This document shows positions 16,520 to 25,813 of a stretch of DNA of 64,000 nucleotides, piece after piece. A program made the translations under genes and the position numbers. The stretch is taken from NCBI GenBank assembly GCA_946410595.1, contig CAMKAU010000001.1, forward strand, positions 10,267 to 74,266, given 5' to 3'. The DNA is from an uncultured Clostridia bacterium. GTDB taxonomy: Bacteria; Bacillota; Clostridia; Oscillospirales; CAG-272. Under the pieces are notes generated by a model. The model had not been told where the DNA came from and searched no databases. It saw only the letters and a list, made by a program, of their open reading frames with translations. The stretch's first letter is position 1. The number at the start of each line of letters is the position of its first letter.

Positions 16520-18679
16520 TTAATTCATTTTCGACGGATCCGCGTCGGCAAAGGAAAGGACCGACGCGCGGAGCAGGGCGTGCTCCGGGGCGGTAAGACC
16601 GGGATCGGTTTTGGCGAGCAGAGCCGCTTCCTCCTCCGCGGCGGTAAAGGTCGCGGCGTCCTCCCACCTGGCGGCAAGGCGGAGCCCCGGATCCCCGTGC
16701 TGGCGGATCGGCGCGCCCGCGCGGCAGAAAAAGTCGCCGGGGCCGCGCAGGCGGAGATCGCGTTCCGCGATCTCGTACCCGTCGCTTGTGCTCGTCATCG
16801 TCTTCAGCCGTTCGGCGGCCGGGCCGCCTTTTGCGTCGGAGACGAGGATGCAGTAGGATTTTTGCGTTCCGCGGCCGACGCGGCCGCGCAGCTGATGCAG
16901 CTGGGAAAGTCCGAAGCGCTCGGCGTTTTCCACGACCATCAGGGTAGCCGCCGGCACGTTGACGCCGACCTCGATCACCGTTGTGGAAACGAGGATCTTC
17001 GTCCGGCCCGCGACAAAATCCGCCATCGCGGCGTCCTTTTCCGCGCTTTTCATCCTGCCGTGCAAAAAGCCGACCGGCAGATCGGGAAAGACGTTTTCGC
17101 GCAGATTTTTTGCGTATTCGGCGGCGGTCTTGAGTTTTGGCTTGTCCTCGGCGGCAAAGAGAAGATCGCCGAGCTCGACCCCGGCCTCTTCCCCGTCTTC
17201 CTCCTCCGGCGCGCTCTCCTCGATCGCCGGACAGACGATATAGACCTGCCCGCCTTCCTCCGCGTTTTTGCGGATAAAGGCGTTCAGGCGGTCCCGGTAG
17301 CTCTCGTCCACGGCGAAGGTACCGACCTTTTTCCGGCCGGCGGGCATCTCGTCGATCCGGCTGATATCCAGATCGCCGTAGAGCGCGAGGGACAGGGTGC
17401 GGGGGATGGGCGTGGCGCTCATCACGAGGGTGTGGGGGAGCCGGTCTCCCCTTTCCGCCAGGGCGGAGCGCTGGGAAACGCCGAAGCGGTGCTGCTCGTC
17501 CGTGACGATCAGCCCGAGCCGCTCGCAGGCGACCTGCGGGGAGATCAGGGCGTGCGTGCCGACCGCGAGATCGACGCGCAGGAGGGGATCGTCGCTTATC
17601 ATTCCCTCGTAAACGAGGCGTTTTTCCCTTTCTTTCAGCGAGCCGCAAAGCAGCGCGACGCGGAAACCGAGTTTTTCAAAAAGAGGGCGCATCTCCGCGT
17701 AATGCTGGCGGGCGAGGATCTCGGTCGGCGCCATCATCACGGCGCGGTATCCGTTTTTGAGCGCGAGATAGATCGCCCCCTCCGCGCAAGCGGTCTTGCC
17801 GCTGCCGACGTCGCCGACGACGATGCGGTTCATCGGAGGGAAGTCCCCTTCCCTCCCCTCGCCGACGTCGCGGCAGATCTCCGCGAGCGTGCGCTTCTGG
17901 GCGCCGGTCAGAGCGAAGGGGAGTTCTGAGAAAAACGGCGAGAGATCGGTATCGGAAAAGCGGATGCCGCCGCTCGTTCTCCTGCTCGCGGAGGACAGTC
18001 CGATCGCGAGGAGCTGGTGGAGGACCTCGTCAAAGACGAGCCGTCCGGCCGAGCGCCGCAGCGTTTCCCTGTCTTCCGGCTCGTGAACGCCGCGCAGGGC
18101 GGCGGTGAGCGTAGGGAGGGAGCGGCGGCGGCGGATCTCCTCCGGGAGCGGATCCTCCAGCGAGGGGAGCAGCGCGTCGAGCGCGGCTTTTACCGCGTCC
18201 CCGAGCGTTTTGCGCCGGATCCCCTTCGGGAGCCGGTAAACGGGGACGAGATCGGAGAGCGGCAGGTCGGGCGAGAGGCGTTCCCGGACCGGCGAAACGA
18301 GCCGTAAAACGCCCTTTGTTTCGGTTACTTTGCCGTAAAAGCGGTATTCCTCGCCGACGGCGATCTGTTTATCGAGATACGGCTGATTGAAATAAAGGAC
18401 CTCGATGGAGCCGCTTTCGTCAAAGGCGCGGAACTTTGTGATCGTCATCCTGCCCCGGAGCCGGACGGAGCGGGGCGCGGTGCCGACGGTCAGAAGCATG
18501 GCAACGGTATCCCCCGCGCGGGCGAGGGTGATCGGGCGGATCTCCCCCCGGTTCTGGTAGGCGCGGGGATAGAAGGTGAGAAGATCGCCGACGGTGCGGA
18601 TCCCGACCGAGGCGAGCGCTTCCGCGCCGGTTTTCCCGATCCCTTTCAGATCGGTCAGGGAGCTTTGCCGTGTCAGCAT
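16520..18679 (-). CDS. recG: ATP-dependent DNA helicase RecG
   Basis: Wedge domain plus SF2 helicase motifs GDVGSGKT, DEQHRFG and QLRGRVGRG. 719 aa. Confidence 0.97.
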   Translation of the reverse strand: MLTRQSSLTDLKGIGKTGAEALASVGIRTVGDLLTFYPRAYQNRGEIRPITLARAGDTVAMLLTVGTAPRSVRLRGRMTITKFRAFDESGSIEVLYFNQPYLDKQIAVGEEYRFYGKVTETKGVLRLVSPVRERLSPDLPLSDLVPVYRLPKGIRRKTLGDAVKAALDALLPSLEDPLPEEIRRRRSLPTLTAALRGVHEPEDRETLRRSAGRLVFDEVLHQLLAIGLSSASRRTSGGIRFSDTDLSPFFSELPFALTGAQKRTLAEICRDVGEGREGDFPPMNRIVVGDVGSGKTACAEGAIYLALKNGYRAVMMAPTEILARQHYAEMRPLFEKLGFRVALLCGSLKEREKRLVYEGMISDDPLLRVDLAVGTHALISPQVACERLGLIVTDEQHRFGVSQRSALAERGDRLPHTLVMSATPIPRTLSLALYGDLDISRIDEMPAGRKKVGTFAVDESYRDRLNAFIRKNAEEGGQVYIVCPAIEESAPEEEDGEEAGVELGDLLFAAEDKPKLKTAAEYAKNLRENVFPDLPVGFLHGRMKSAEKDAAMADFVAGRTKILVSTTVIEVGVNVPAATLMVVENAERFGLSQLHQLRGRVGRGTQKSYCILVSDAKGGPAAERLKTMTSTSDGYEIAERDLRLRGPGDFFCRAGAPIRQHGDPGLRLAARWEDAATFTAAEEEAALLAKTDPGLTAPEHALLRASVLSFADADPSKMN

Positions 18680-18690
18680 AACTCCTCCTG

Positions 18691-19890
18691 TCAGCGTCCG
18701 AGCCCGAAGGCGAGCTTGGAGAGCGCGGCGGAATCGGTCACGGTGTCGAGCCCGCAGAGGATCAGGACGGCGGCGGGCTTTTCCTCCTCGATCAGCCGGG
18801 CGACCGACTCGTTATAGTAACGCGGGTCGATCAGATCGAGATCGAAGTGGCGCGCGAGAAAAGGCGCGAGGGAGTGAAAATAACTGTCCTTGACGACGAG
18901 GAGAAGCGGCCGCTCCTCCCCTTCCCCGCGGATCGTCACGCGGGCGTTGTTGCCGGAGAGAAAGGAGGCGTACTTATCCTTTCCCTCGAGATAGGAGCGG
19001 TCGTAAAACCCGGCAAAGGAAACGCCGGTATCGGCGATCCGGGTGGTAAACGATTCGTCCCCCTCGTACCGGAAATACTCCATCGTATCGGGGACGGTAA
19101 AGGGCGCGAGGGTCTTCGAGTAGGTGGTGCCGTAAAAGGCGTCGCTGGCCGTCTCGCGGGTGAAACCGGAGATCGGATAAGGGGTAACGCCGAGCGCCTC
19201 CGCGACGGCGGCGTACGCAAGATAGGCGCCCTCGGTCGTCCAATGGTGGTCGGTGCGGTAATAGAGGTATTCGCCCCGCTCCGCGCCGGGAAGGATCGTC
19301 TCCCGCAAATCAAGCGCAAAATGAGCGGCGGAAAAGAGCTCCTCCCGCTCGTTTGCGAGTTCTTCGCCGGTATAGGCGGAGGGATAGTAACGGACCAGCA
19401 CGTCCGCGGGACGGGGTACGACGGCGAAGACGAGGGGGATATCCTCCTCCCCGAGCGTATCCCGCAAAAGGGAGATCGCCGCGACGTTCCGGGCGGTGGC
19501 GGTGTCGCTTGTCTGCGCGGGACGGGGGATCTGGTAGCCGGAGGTGCCGTAGATCACGCCGTTCGTTTCCATCCGGACGAGCACAACGTCGGAGAGGGTC
19601 TTGACCTTGAGCATCGTCTCCCGCAGGGGGAACTGATCGCGGAAGTAGTCACCCGCGTCCGCTTCAAAGCTCCCGTCGAACACGCGGGCCGCCGTATGAC
19701 CGGCAAACAGCCGCTCCCCCGTCATCAGAGTACGGTTTTCGTTCGGCGAAAAGGCGCGCGCGGGCAAAAGGACCGTCAGCGCGCCCGCCGCGATCAGAAA
19801 GAGGCAGAACAGGGCGGCGGTAACGCGGTCGGCGACCCTGCCTTTGGCGAAAAGGTCGGTGATCTTGCCTTTGATGGCCGGTATCTTCAT
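18691..19890 (-). CDS. DHHW-family (AlgJ/AlgX-like SGNH) protein, N-terminal membrane anchor
   Basis: YRTDHHWTTEGAY motif with one N-terminal TM helix. Start is 1 nt after the MBOAT stop. Confidence 0.85.
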   Translation of the reverse strand: MKIPAIKGKITDLFAKGRVADRVTAALFCLFLIAAGALTVLLPARAFSPNENRTLMTGERLFAGHTAARVFDGSFEADAGDYFRDQFPLRETMLKVKTLSDVVLVRMETNGVIYGTSGYQIPRPAQTSDTATARNVAAISLLRDTLGEEDIPLVFAVVPRPADVLVRYYPSAYTGEELANEREELFSAAHFALDLRETILPGAERGEYLYYRTDHHWTTEGAYLAYAAVAEALGVTPYPISGFTRETASDAFYGTTYSKTLAPFTVPDTMEYFRYEGDESFTTRIADTGVSFAGFYDRSYLEGKDKYASFLSGNNARVTIRGEGEERPLLLVVKDSYFHSLAPFLARHFDLDLIDPRYYNESVARLIEEEKPAAVLILCGLDTVTDSAALSKLAFGLGR

Positions 19891-19891
19891 A

Positions 19892-21280
19892 TCAGAACCT
19901 CGTGTAAAGGAAGGGGCTGTAATCGGAAGCGACGAGCGCGGCGACCGAGAAGAAGAAAACGAGGAAGACGAGGACGGTCACGGCAACCTCCGCCGTCCGG
20001 CCGCGGCGGGCGCGGAAGGCGGCGAGCGCCCGGCGCGGGTAAGGCGTGGAAAAGAGAGCGAGGAACAGCAGCACGACGACCGAGCGCAGCACGTCGTAGG
20101 CGGCGGTCCCGCCCGAGAAGAGAGAGGCGAGATACCCCATAGGCGAGGCGAGATCGGCGGAGGCGAAGATAAACCAGCCGAACACGACGAGCGTGAGGGT
20201 ATAGAGATGCCGGAGGATCTTCGGCGCTTTCGCGAGGGCCTTGCCCCAGAGATACTTTTCCAAAATCAGAAAGACGCCGTAGTATACGCCCCACAGCACG
20301 AAGTTCCAGCTTGCGCCGTGCCAGAGACCGGTGAGGAGCCAGACGGTCATCAGATTGAGGACGTGGCGGGCGCGGGTCACCCGGTTGCCGCCGAGGGGGA
20401 TATAGACGTAATCGCGGAACCAGGTGGAGAGCGAGATATGCCAGCGGCGCCAGAAGTCTGTCACGCTCTCGGCGATATAGGGATAGTTGAAGTTCTCGCA
20501 GAACTCAAAGCCGAGCATCCGCCCGAGCCCGATCGCCATATCCGAATAGCCGGAAAAATCGAAGTAGATCTGGAAGGTAAAGAAGAAAAGCCCGAGGATC
20601 GCGCCGGCGCTTCCCCGCTCCCCGTCCGGGAGGGAGGAAAAATACCGCCAGTAGCTCCCCGCCGTATCGGCGAGCAGCGTTTTTTTGGCAAGGCCGAGAA
20701 CGAAGCGGCGCACGCCGGAGGCAAACTTTGCCGACGAGAGAGTCCGGCTCTCCAGCTGCTGCGCGATATCCTTATACCGAACGATCGGCCCGGCGATCAG
20801 CTGCGGGAAAAGCGCAACGTAGGTGCAGAAGGAGAGCGGGTTTTTCTGATAGGAAGCGTCCCCGCGGTACACGTCGATCACGTAGGACATCGCCTGGAAG
20901 GTATAAAAGGAGATCCCGATGGGGAGGGAGACGGAAAGGACCGGCACAAGCTCCCGCCCGGCGAGCGCGTTGACGGTGGCGGCAAAAAAGTCAAAGTATT
21001 TGAAAAAGGCGAGGACGCCGAGATTGAAAACGCAGGAAAGGATCAAAAAGAGGCGGGCGCGCCGGGGCCTGTCCGCGGCGCGGTGGACGAGAAAGCCAAA
21101 GAGCCAGTCCCCCGCCAGGGTAGCGAGCATCAGAAAGACGTAAGAGGGCTCCCCCCAGCCGTAAAACAGGATGCTGAAAAAAAGGAGCGCGGGATTACGG
21201 AACGCGGAGGGGAGGAGATAGTAGACGAGCAGCGTGACCGGCAGGAAGGCGATCAAAAACTCAAGACTGGAAAACAGCAT
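19892..21280 (-). CDS. MBOAT-family membrane O-acyltransferase (AlgI/DltB/PatA-like)
   Basis: Polytopic, 462 aa, with WRRWHISLSTWFRDYVYIPLGG MBOAT histidine region. Confidence 0.92.
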   Translation of the reverse strand: MLFSSLEFLIAFLPVTLLVYYLLPSAFRNPALLFFSILFYGWGEPSYVFLMLATLAGDWLFGFLVHRAADRPRRARLFLILSCVFNLGVLAFFKYFDFFAATVNALAGRELVPVLSVSLPIGISFYTFQAMSYVIDVYRGDASYQKNPLSFCTYVALFPQLIAGPIVRYKDIAQQLESRTLSSAKFASGVRRFVLGLAKKTLLADTAGSYWRYFSSLPDGERGSAGAILGLFFFTFQIYFDFSGYSDMAIGLGRMLGFEFCENFNYPYIAESVTDFWRRWHISLSTWFRDYVYIPLGGNRVTRARHVLNLMTVWLLTGLWHGASWNFVLWGVYYGVFLILEKYLWGKALAKAPKILRHLYTLTLVVFGWFIFASADLASPMGYLASLFSGGTAAYDVLRSVVVLLFLALFSTPYPRRALAAFRARRGRTAEVAVTVLVFLVFFFSVAALVASDYSPFLYTRF

Positions 21281-21417
21281 GACGGCTCCCGAAAAAAACG
21301 TTACCTTTAGTATACACCATTCTTCGACAGAAATAAAGAGGTTTTACCGAAAAAGTATAGTTTGGGCAAATCGGGGGACGCTATGGACGGAATAAGGAAA
21401 AAAGAAAGGGGACCGCG

Positions 21418-21675
21418 ATGCAGCAGATCCGCAAACTGTGTGAAAAAACCAAAAACGCCTGGAAAAAGATGGACAAACCCGTCCTGCAGGTCTCGGCTCA
21501 CGGAGACGCCTCCCTTTGCGGGGGAAGCGGAAACGGCGTCTCCTTCTCAAAAAGCGGCACGGTCGGGATCCTCACCCTTGCGCTTGCCGCCGCCGCGCTC
21601 CTGATCGGCTTGCACTGTCTTATCTTCCGTCTGCGGCAAAAGCTCTCGGGAAAAGAGAAAAAAGATCCGTCGTAA
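21418..21675 (+). CDS. Hypothetical small protein with C-terminal TM helix
   Basis: 85-aa ORF with high third-position GC, consistent with coding. Its stop codon sits in the loop of a terminator hairpin. The start codon is uncertain. Confidence 0.55.
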   Translation: MQQIRKLCEKTKNAWKKMDKPVLQVSAHGDASLCGGSGNGVSFSKSGTVGILTLALAAAALLIGLHCLIFRLRQKLSGKEKKDPS

Positions 21676-21690
21676 CGGCGGATCTTTTTT
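21657..21690. terminator. Bidirectional terminator
   Basis: aaaaaagatccg ... cggatctttttt stem with A/T-run flanks, located between convergent genes. Confidence 0.7.
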
Positions 21691-21708
21691 CATCGGTCAA
21701 TGATCGTT

Positions 21709-22728
21709 TCAGTTCTTCTTTTTCTTTGCGAGGATGACGCCGCAGGCGATCGCAGCGGCGGCGACGACGCCGACGATCACCCAGACGTAAACGGGGATCT
21801 TGTTTGTGCCGTCCGTCTGCTCCGCCGGCTTGGCGCCGGTCGCCTCGGCGCTGTCCGCGGCCTTGGTTTCGGCGGCTTTCGTATCGGCGGCTTTCGTTTC
21901 GGCGGGCTGGGTCTCGCCTATCGCTTCCGTTTCGGCGGGAGCGGTTTCATCCCGCCCCGCGGTCTCGGTGGCCTCCGTCTCGGGGGCTTCCGTTTCCGCG
22001 GCGGCCCCGCCGGAAGTCAGCGCGGTTACCTTGAAATTATCAAAGTAAACGTTGTCGATATTGCTCTCGCTGCCGTTCGTCAGCTTCACTCGCAGACCGA
22101 AGGAGCCCTCGGTCCAGTTGGTATCGTAGCAGGTCACGTCGTAAAGGACCGCCTTGTCGGAGGGGTCGGAGATCACGAGACGGAGCACGTCGTCCTTCAA
22201 AGAAAAGCAGAGGTGCGCGTTGCAGCCCGGCTCGAGCCCCGTGGCCAGCACGGAGCTTTGCCCGTACATATCGGTGAAGTTGCCGAGATAGCCGGAAACG
22301 TCCTCCGGCTTTGAGCCGCCCATCGCGCCGCTTTTCCCGTTGTTGGAGATAAAGCCGATGTAACCGGCGAAGTGGTTGTTGGACTCGCCGCCGACCAGAT
22401 CCATATCGGCGCGGGCGACGATCCCGGCGGCGGTACGGAAGTTATAGACGTCCACGTCGACCTGATAGTCCTTGACCGCGACGTCTTTGTTGTAGATCAG
22501 CCAGCCGAACGAGGCGATATCGATCCCTTCGGCGGGACCGGCGACGTAGAGCGCGCCGTCTCTGATCTCAAAGTTCACGCGGTACTGGTTGAAATCGGCC
22601 AGCGTGGCGGGGTCGGAAAAATCGTTCTCATAGATCACTTCCCCTTCGTCCGCCGCCGCGGCAAAGGGAACCGCGCAAAGAAGCAGCAAAAGGGAGAGCG
22701 CAAGGCAGATAATCCTGGCAAGTTTCAT
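21709..22728 (-). CDS. Secreted, C-terminally membrane-anchored protein with ConA/LamG-like beta-sandwich domain and Ala/Glu/Thr-rich stalk
   Basis: Signal peptide (MKLARIICLALSLLLLLCAVPFAAAA), a ~230-aa beta-rich domain, a low-complexity ETEA/AETKAAD stalk, and a terminal TM helix plus KKKKN. The fold assignment is tentative. Confidence 0.8.
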   Translation of the reverse strand: MKLARIICLALSLLLLLCAVPFAAAADEGEVIYENDFSDPATLADFNQYRVNFEIRDGALYVAGPAEGIDIASFGWLIYNKDVAVKDYQVDVDVYNFRTAAGIVARADMDLVGGESNNHFAGYIGFISNNGKSGAMGGSKPEDVSGYLGNFTDMYGQSSVLATGLEPGCNAHLCFSLKDDVLRLVISDPSDKAVLYDVTCYDTNWTEGSFGLRVKLTNGSESNIDNVYFDNFKVTALTSGGAAAETEAPETEATETAGRDETAPAETEAIGETQPAETKAADTKAAETKAADSAEATGAKPAEQTDGTNKIPVYVWVIVGVVAAAAIACGVILAKKKKN

Positions 22729-22765
22729 GATCGTTTCCTCCGTTTATTTTCGGTATTACGATTGT

Positions 22766-22794
22766 ACTTTAGCATACGGCCGCGGATTTTTCAA
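22766..22794 (-). promoter_or_regulatory. Putative promoter of the LamG-like gene
   Basis: Minus strand: TTGAAA, 17 nt, TAAAGT. Confidence 0.5.
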
Positions 22795-22840
22795 TGCAAA
22801 AACAACTCCGAAACATACAAAAAAACCATATTCCCGCCGA

Positions 22841-22885
22841 AAAAAGCGGTTTCCCGCCCCCGTCGGGGAGCGGGAAACGGTTTTT
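22841..22885. terminator. Bidirectional terminator
   Basis: Long GC stem gtttcccgc(cccc gtc gggg)gcgggaaac flanked by A6 and T5. Confidence 0.7.
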
Positions 22886-22894
22886 GCGTAAAGA

Positions 22895-23212
22895 TTACTG
22901 AAAATCCGCCTCGGACGCTTCGGTATCCTTCGGCACGGTCTCCTCTTCCTCACTGAAGAAGCTGAGCGCGTCGTCGTCCAGATCCATATCCTCGTCGGTC
23001 AGAAAATCCTCGCCGAACTGCGCTTCGTACTCTTTTTCATCCTGCCGATGCTGCCAGAGCAGATACCCGCCGGCGGCGCCTTCCATCGCCGCGACCGCGA
23101 GGAAAGCGGCCGCGAGACTCTTTTTCTTCGCCGCGAGGATGATGAACATGATCAAAAAGGAAAATGCCTGAACGAGCAGCGCGATCCCGACGTAAAGTTT
23201 TGTTTTTTTCAT
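22895..23212 (-). CDS. Small two-TM membrane protein with strongly acidic C-terminal tail
   Basis: 105 aa with two hydrophobic helices followed by a DEDMDLDDD / EEEE tail. No family recognised. Confidence 0.7.
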   Translation of the reverse strand: MKKTKLYVGIALLVQAFSFLIMFIILAAKKKSLAAAFLAVAAMEGAAGGYLLWQHRQDEKEYEAQFGEDFLTDEDMDLDDDALSFFSEEEETVPKDTEASEADFQ

Positions 23213-23239
23213 GGTTTCTTCTCCTTCCGATATAAAAAA

Positions 23240-24367
23240 TTACGATTTGTTTTCCGCTTGGTTTTTGGCGTTCCATTTCAGGTACGCGTTGATGAACCCG
23301 TCGATCTCTCCGTCCATTACGGCGACGACGTTGCCGTCCTCGTAGCCGGTGCGCGTATCCTTGACGAGCGTGTAGGGCATAAAGACGTAGGAACGGATCT
23401 GCGCCCCCCACTCGATATTGGTCTTGACGCCCTGGATATCCTCGATCTTATCAAGCTTTTCGCGCAGCTTGATCTCCATCAGCTTCGCCTTGAGCATCCG
23501 CAGCGCCGTTTCCTTGTTCTGGAGCTGGCTGCGCTCGGTCTGACAGCCGACGATGATGCCGGTCGGCTTATGGACGATGCGGATCGCGGAGTCGGTTTTG
23601 TTGATATGCTGACCGCCTGCGCCGCTGCTGCGGTGCGCGGTCACCTCGATATCCTCGTCCCGGATCTCGATCTTGCCGTCCTCTTCAAACTCGGGCATCA
23701 CCTCGACGGAGGTAAAGGAGGTCTGTCTCCTGCCCGCCGCGTCGAACGGAGAGACGCGGACCAGGCGGTGAACGCCGTTTTCGCTTTTCAGATAGCCGTA
23801 GGCGTTTTCCCCTTCGATCGTGATGGTGGCGCTCTTGATCCCCGCGCCGTCGCCGTCGAGCCAGTCGATCAGCTTGACCTTGTAGCCGTGGCGCTCCGCC
23901 CACCTGGTATAAAGGCGGTAGAGCATCTGCGCCCAGTCCTGCGCCTCCGTTCCGCCCGCGCCGGGGTGAAAGGAGAGGATCGCGTTGCTGTGATCGTATT
24001 CGCCGGAGAGGAGCGTCTCCAGACGCCGCCTTTCCTCTTCTTCGCGGATCTCGGCGAGTTCCTTCTGCACTTCGGGAACGTAGCTTTCGTCGTTTTCCTC
24101 GATCGCCATCTCCGCCAGCGTCACCGCGTCCTCGAGCTTCGCCCGGAGCGCCTCGTACGCGGCGATCGTATCTTTTTTCCGTTTGATTGCCTGCAGGACC
24201 TTGCCGGAGTTTTCCTGATCGCTCCAAAACCCGTCCGCAAGAGTCTGTTTTTCCAGCTCTGCGACGTTCTCGCGTTCCTCGTCCACGCGGAGCGCGCTTC
24301 CGAGATCCGCGACCTTGGCGCGGCAGGAGATCAGCTCGCGTCTTGCTTCTTCCAATGCAATGATCAA
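23240..24367 (-). CDS. prfB: Peptide chain release factor 2, single uninterrupted ORF
   Basis: SPF and GGQ (SGAGGQHINKT) motifs. TTG start has GGAGG 5 nt upstream. There is no in-frame UGA at the usual frameshift position. Confidence 0.95.
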   Translation of the reverse strand: MIIALEEARRELISCRAKVADLGSALRVDEERENVAELEKQTLADGFWSDQENSGKVLQAIKRKKDTIAAYEALRAKLEDAVTLAEMAIEENDESYVPEVQKELAEIREEEERRRLETLLSGEYDHSNAILSFHPGAGGTEAQDWAQMLYRLYTRWAERHGYKVKLIDWLDGDGAGIKSATITIEGENAYGYLKSENGVHRLVRVSPFDAAGRRQTSFTSVEVMPEFEEDGKIEIRDEDIEVTAHRSSGAGGQHINKTDSAIRIVHKPTGIIVGCQTERSQLQNKETALRMLKAKLMEIKLREKLDKIEDIQGVKTNIEWGAQIRSYVFMPYTLVKDTRTGYEDGNVVAVMDGEIDGFINAYLKWNAKNQAENKS

Positions 24368-24649
24368 ATGAGCCTCCGATACCCTAATCGTTTTCGGGCG
24401 GTCATACCGTCCCGAGATTATGATAACATAAAACTCGTTTTATTGCAAGTACAATTTGCATTTATTATCTATTTTATGCGTCCCTCTCGAAAACGGCTAT
24501 TTTTTCCTTTCCTGTGAGGTCCCGGAAAAAGGAGCGGTTTTTTCCGGGATAACCGCCTCGCTTTTGCGCAAACTAATCCCGTGCCCGTCGGAGGTCTCCT
24601 GACCCGGGGCGCAAATCTGAAGCGCCGCACTTGTGCGGCAACAGGAGCC

Positions 24650-25675
24650 ATGCAAAAAACAGAAAACCGGATCAGACAACGTTTTCTCGCGCTTGCCGCG
24701 GCCGTTCTCTTCCTCTTTTCCTTTTGCGCAGCGCCCGTCCTGGCGGACGGAGGGCGGACGGTCCTGCCGGGCGGTTTTCCGTTCGGCGCGGAGCTGTACG
24801 CCGACGGCGTTCTCGTCGCTTCCCTGCCGGGAGCGGACGAGCCCTCTCCGGCCCGGGACGCGGGGATCCTCCCCGGCGATCTGATCGTGGCCGCAAACGG
24901 CGAAAAAGTCCTCTCTCTTGAGGATCTGACAAGGATTCTCGAAAGCGGGGAGGACGGGGAGATCGCGCTCACCGTAAAACGCGGGAACTCCCTGCGCGAG
25001 GTGAAGCTGAACGCGCTCCTCGGCGAGTCGGGAGAACGGCGGATCGGCGTTTCCGTCCGGGATAAGGCCGCGGGCATCGGTACCGTGACCTTCCTTTTGC
25101 CGGATACGCTCTCCTTCGGAGGTCTGGGGCACGGGATCTGCACGGAAAGCGGAACGCTCCTCCCCATCCGGCGCGGCACGGTATGCGGCGTCAGACTGAC
25201 GGGGATCCGCAAAGGAAGAACCGGCGAGCCCGGGGAACTGGAGGGGATCCTCACTCCTTTGCGGGAAGGAAGCATCGTCACAAACGAAAACACAGGCGTC
25301 TTCGGTCTGTACGCAAGTCTTCCTTCCACGGAACAATACGGCCCCGTGGAAACGGCCGCTCCCGAAGAGGTAAAAACGGGAAAAGCGACCGTCCTTTCCA
25401 CGGTGGACGGCGAGGGGATCCGCGAATACGGGATCGAGATCGTTGCGATCGCGGAACCGCGCGGAAAATCCCTCAAAAGCTTCTCCATCCGGGTCACCGA
25501 CCCCGCGCTGATCGAAAAGACAGGCGGGATCGTGCAGGGGATGAGCGGAAGCCCCATCCTGCAGGGAGGCAAGCTGATCGGCGCCGTGACCCACGTGATG
25601 GTAAACGACCCCCTCTCCGGCTACGGGATCTTTATCGATACCATGCTGGAAAGTATGCCGGACCTGCTCAGATGA
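24650..25675 (+). CDS. spoIVB: SpoIVB peptidase (S55 family, PDZ plus serine protease)
   Basis: PDZ (GILPGDLIVAANGEKV) and catalytic QGMSGSPI motifs. ATG 24650 (MQKTENRI...) precedes the signal/anchor helix. The track ORF opens earlier, at 24581. Confidence 0.92.
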   Translation: MQKTENRIRQRFLALAAAVLFLFSFCAAPVLADGGRTVLPGGFPFGAELYADGVLVASLPGADEPSPARDAGILPGDLIVAANGEKVLSLEDLTRILESGEDGEIALTVKRGNSLREVKLNALLGESGERRIGVSVRDKAAGIGTVTFLLPDTLSFGGLGHGICTESGTLLPIRRGTVCGVRLTGIRKGRTGEPGELEGILTPLREGSIVTNENTGVFGLYASLPSTEQYGPVETAAPEEVKTGKATVLSTVDGEGIREYGIEIVAIAEPRGKSLKSFSIRVTDPALIEKTGGIVQGMSGSPILQGGKLIGAVTHVMVNDPLSGYGIFIDTMLESMPDLLR

Positions 25676-25707
25676 AAAAAACGGCGCGCGCGGCGCGCCG
25701 TTTTTTT
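25674..25707 (+). terminator. Intrinsic terminator after spoIVB
   Basis: 9-bp GC stem acggcgcgc/gcgcgccgt followed by T7. Confidence 0.8.
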
Positions 25708-25727
25708 CTCTTTTTTGCGATTTTTTC

Positions 25728-25756
25728 TTGCAATACGGAAAGGAATGTGATAAGAT
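25728..25756 (+). promoter_or_regulatory. Promoter of the 231-aa membrane protein gene
   Basis: TTGCAA, 17 nt, TAAGAT, with TG at the extended -10 position. Confidence 0.6.
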
Positions 25757-25813
25757 GAAACTGTTGCCCGGAGATCCGGCGCGAAACGCCTATTTCAGAA
25801 AGGGTTTTTCTTT

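Noticed and set aside
15386-21310. Plus-strand ORFs of 847, 431 and 488 aa opposite rarA/recG, DHHW and MBOAT.
   Set aside because: These are shadow ORFs of well-supported minus-strand genes. They have low-complexity Arg/Gly/Glu composition and no RBS context.
24368-24649. Search for a sigma-F/sigma-G type promoter upstream of spoIVB, plus an 11-bp hairpin at 24520-24549.
   Set aside because: I could not find a convincing GCATR-N17/18-CATnnTA or sigma-F-like match by eye. The hairpin has no following U-tract, so no regulatory call is justified.
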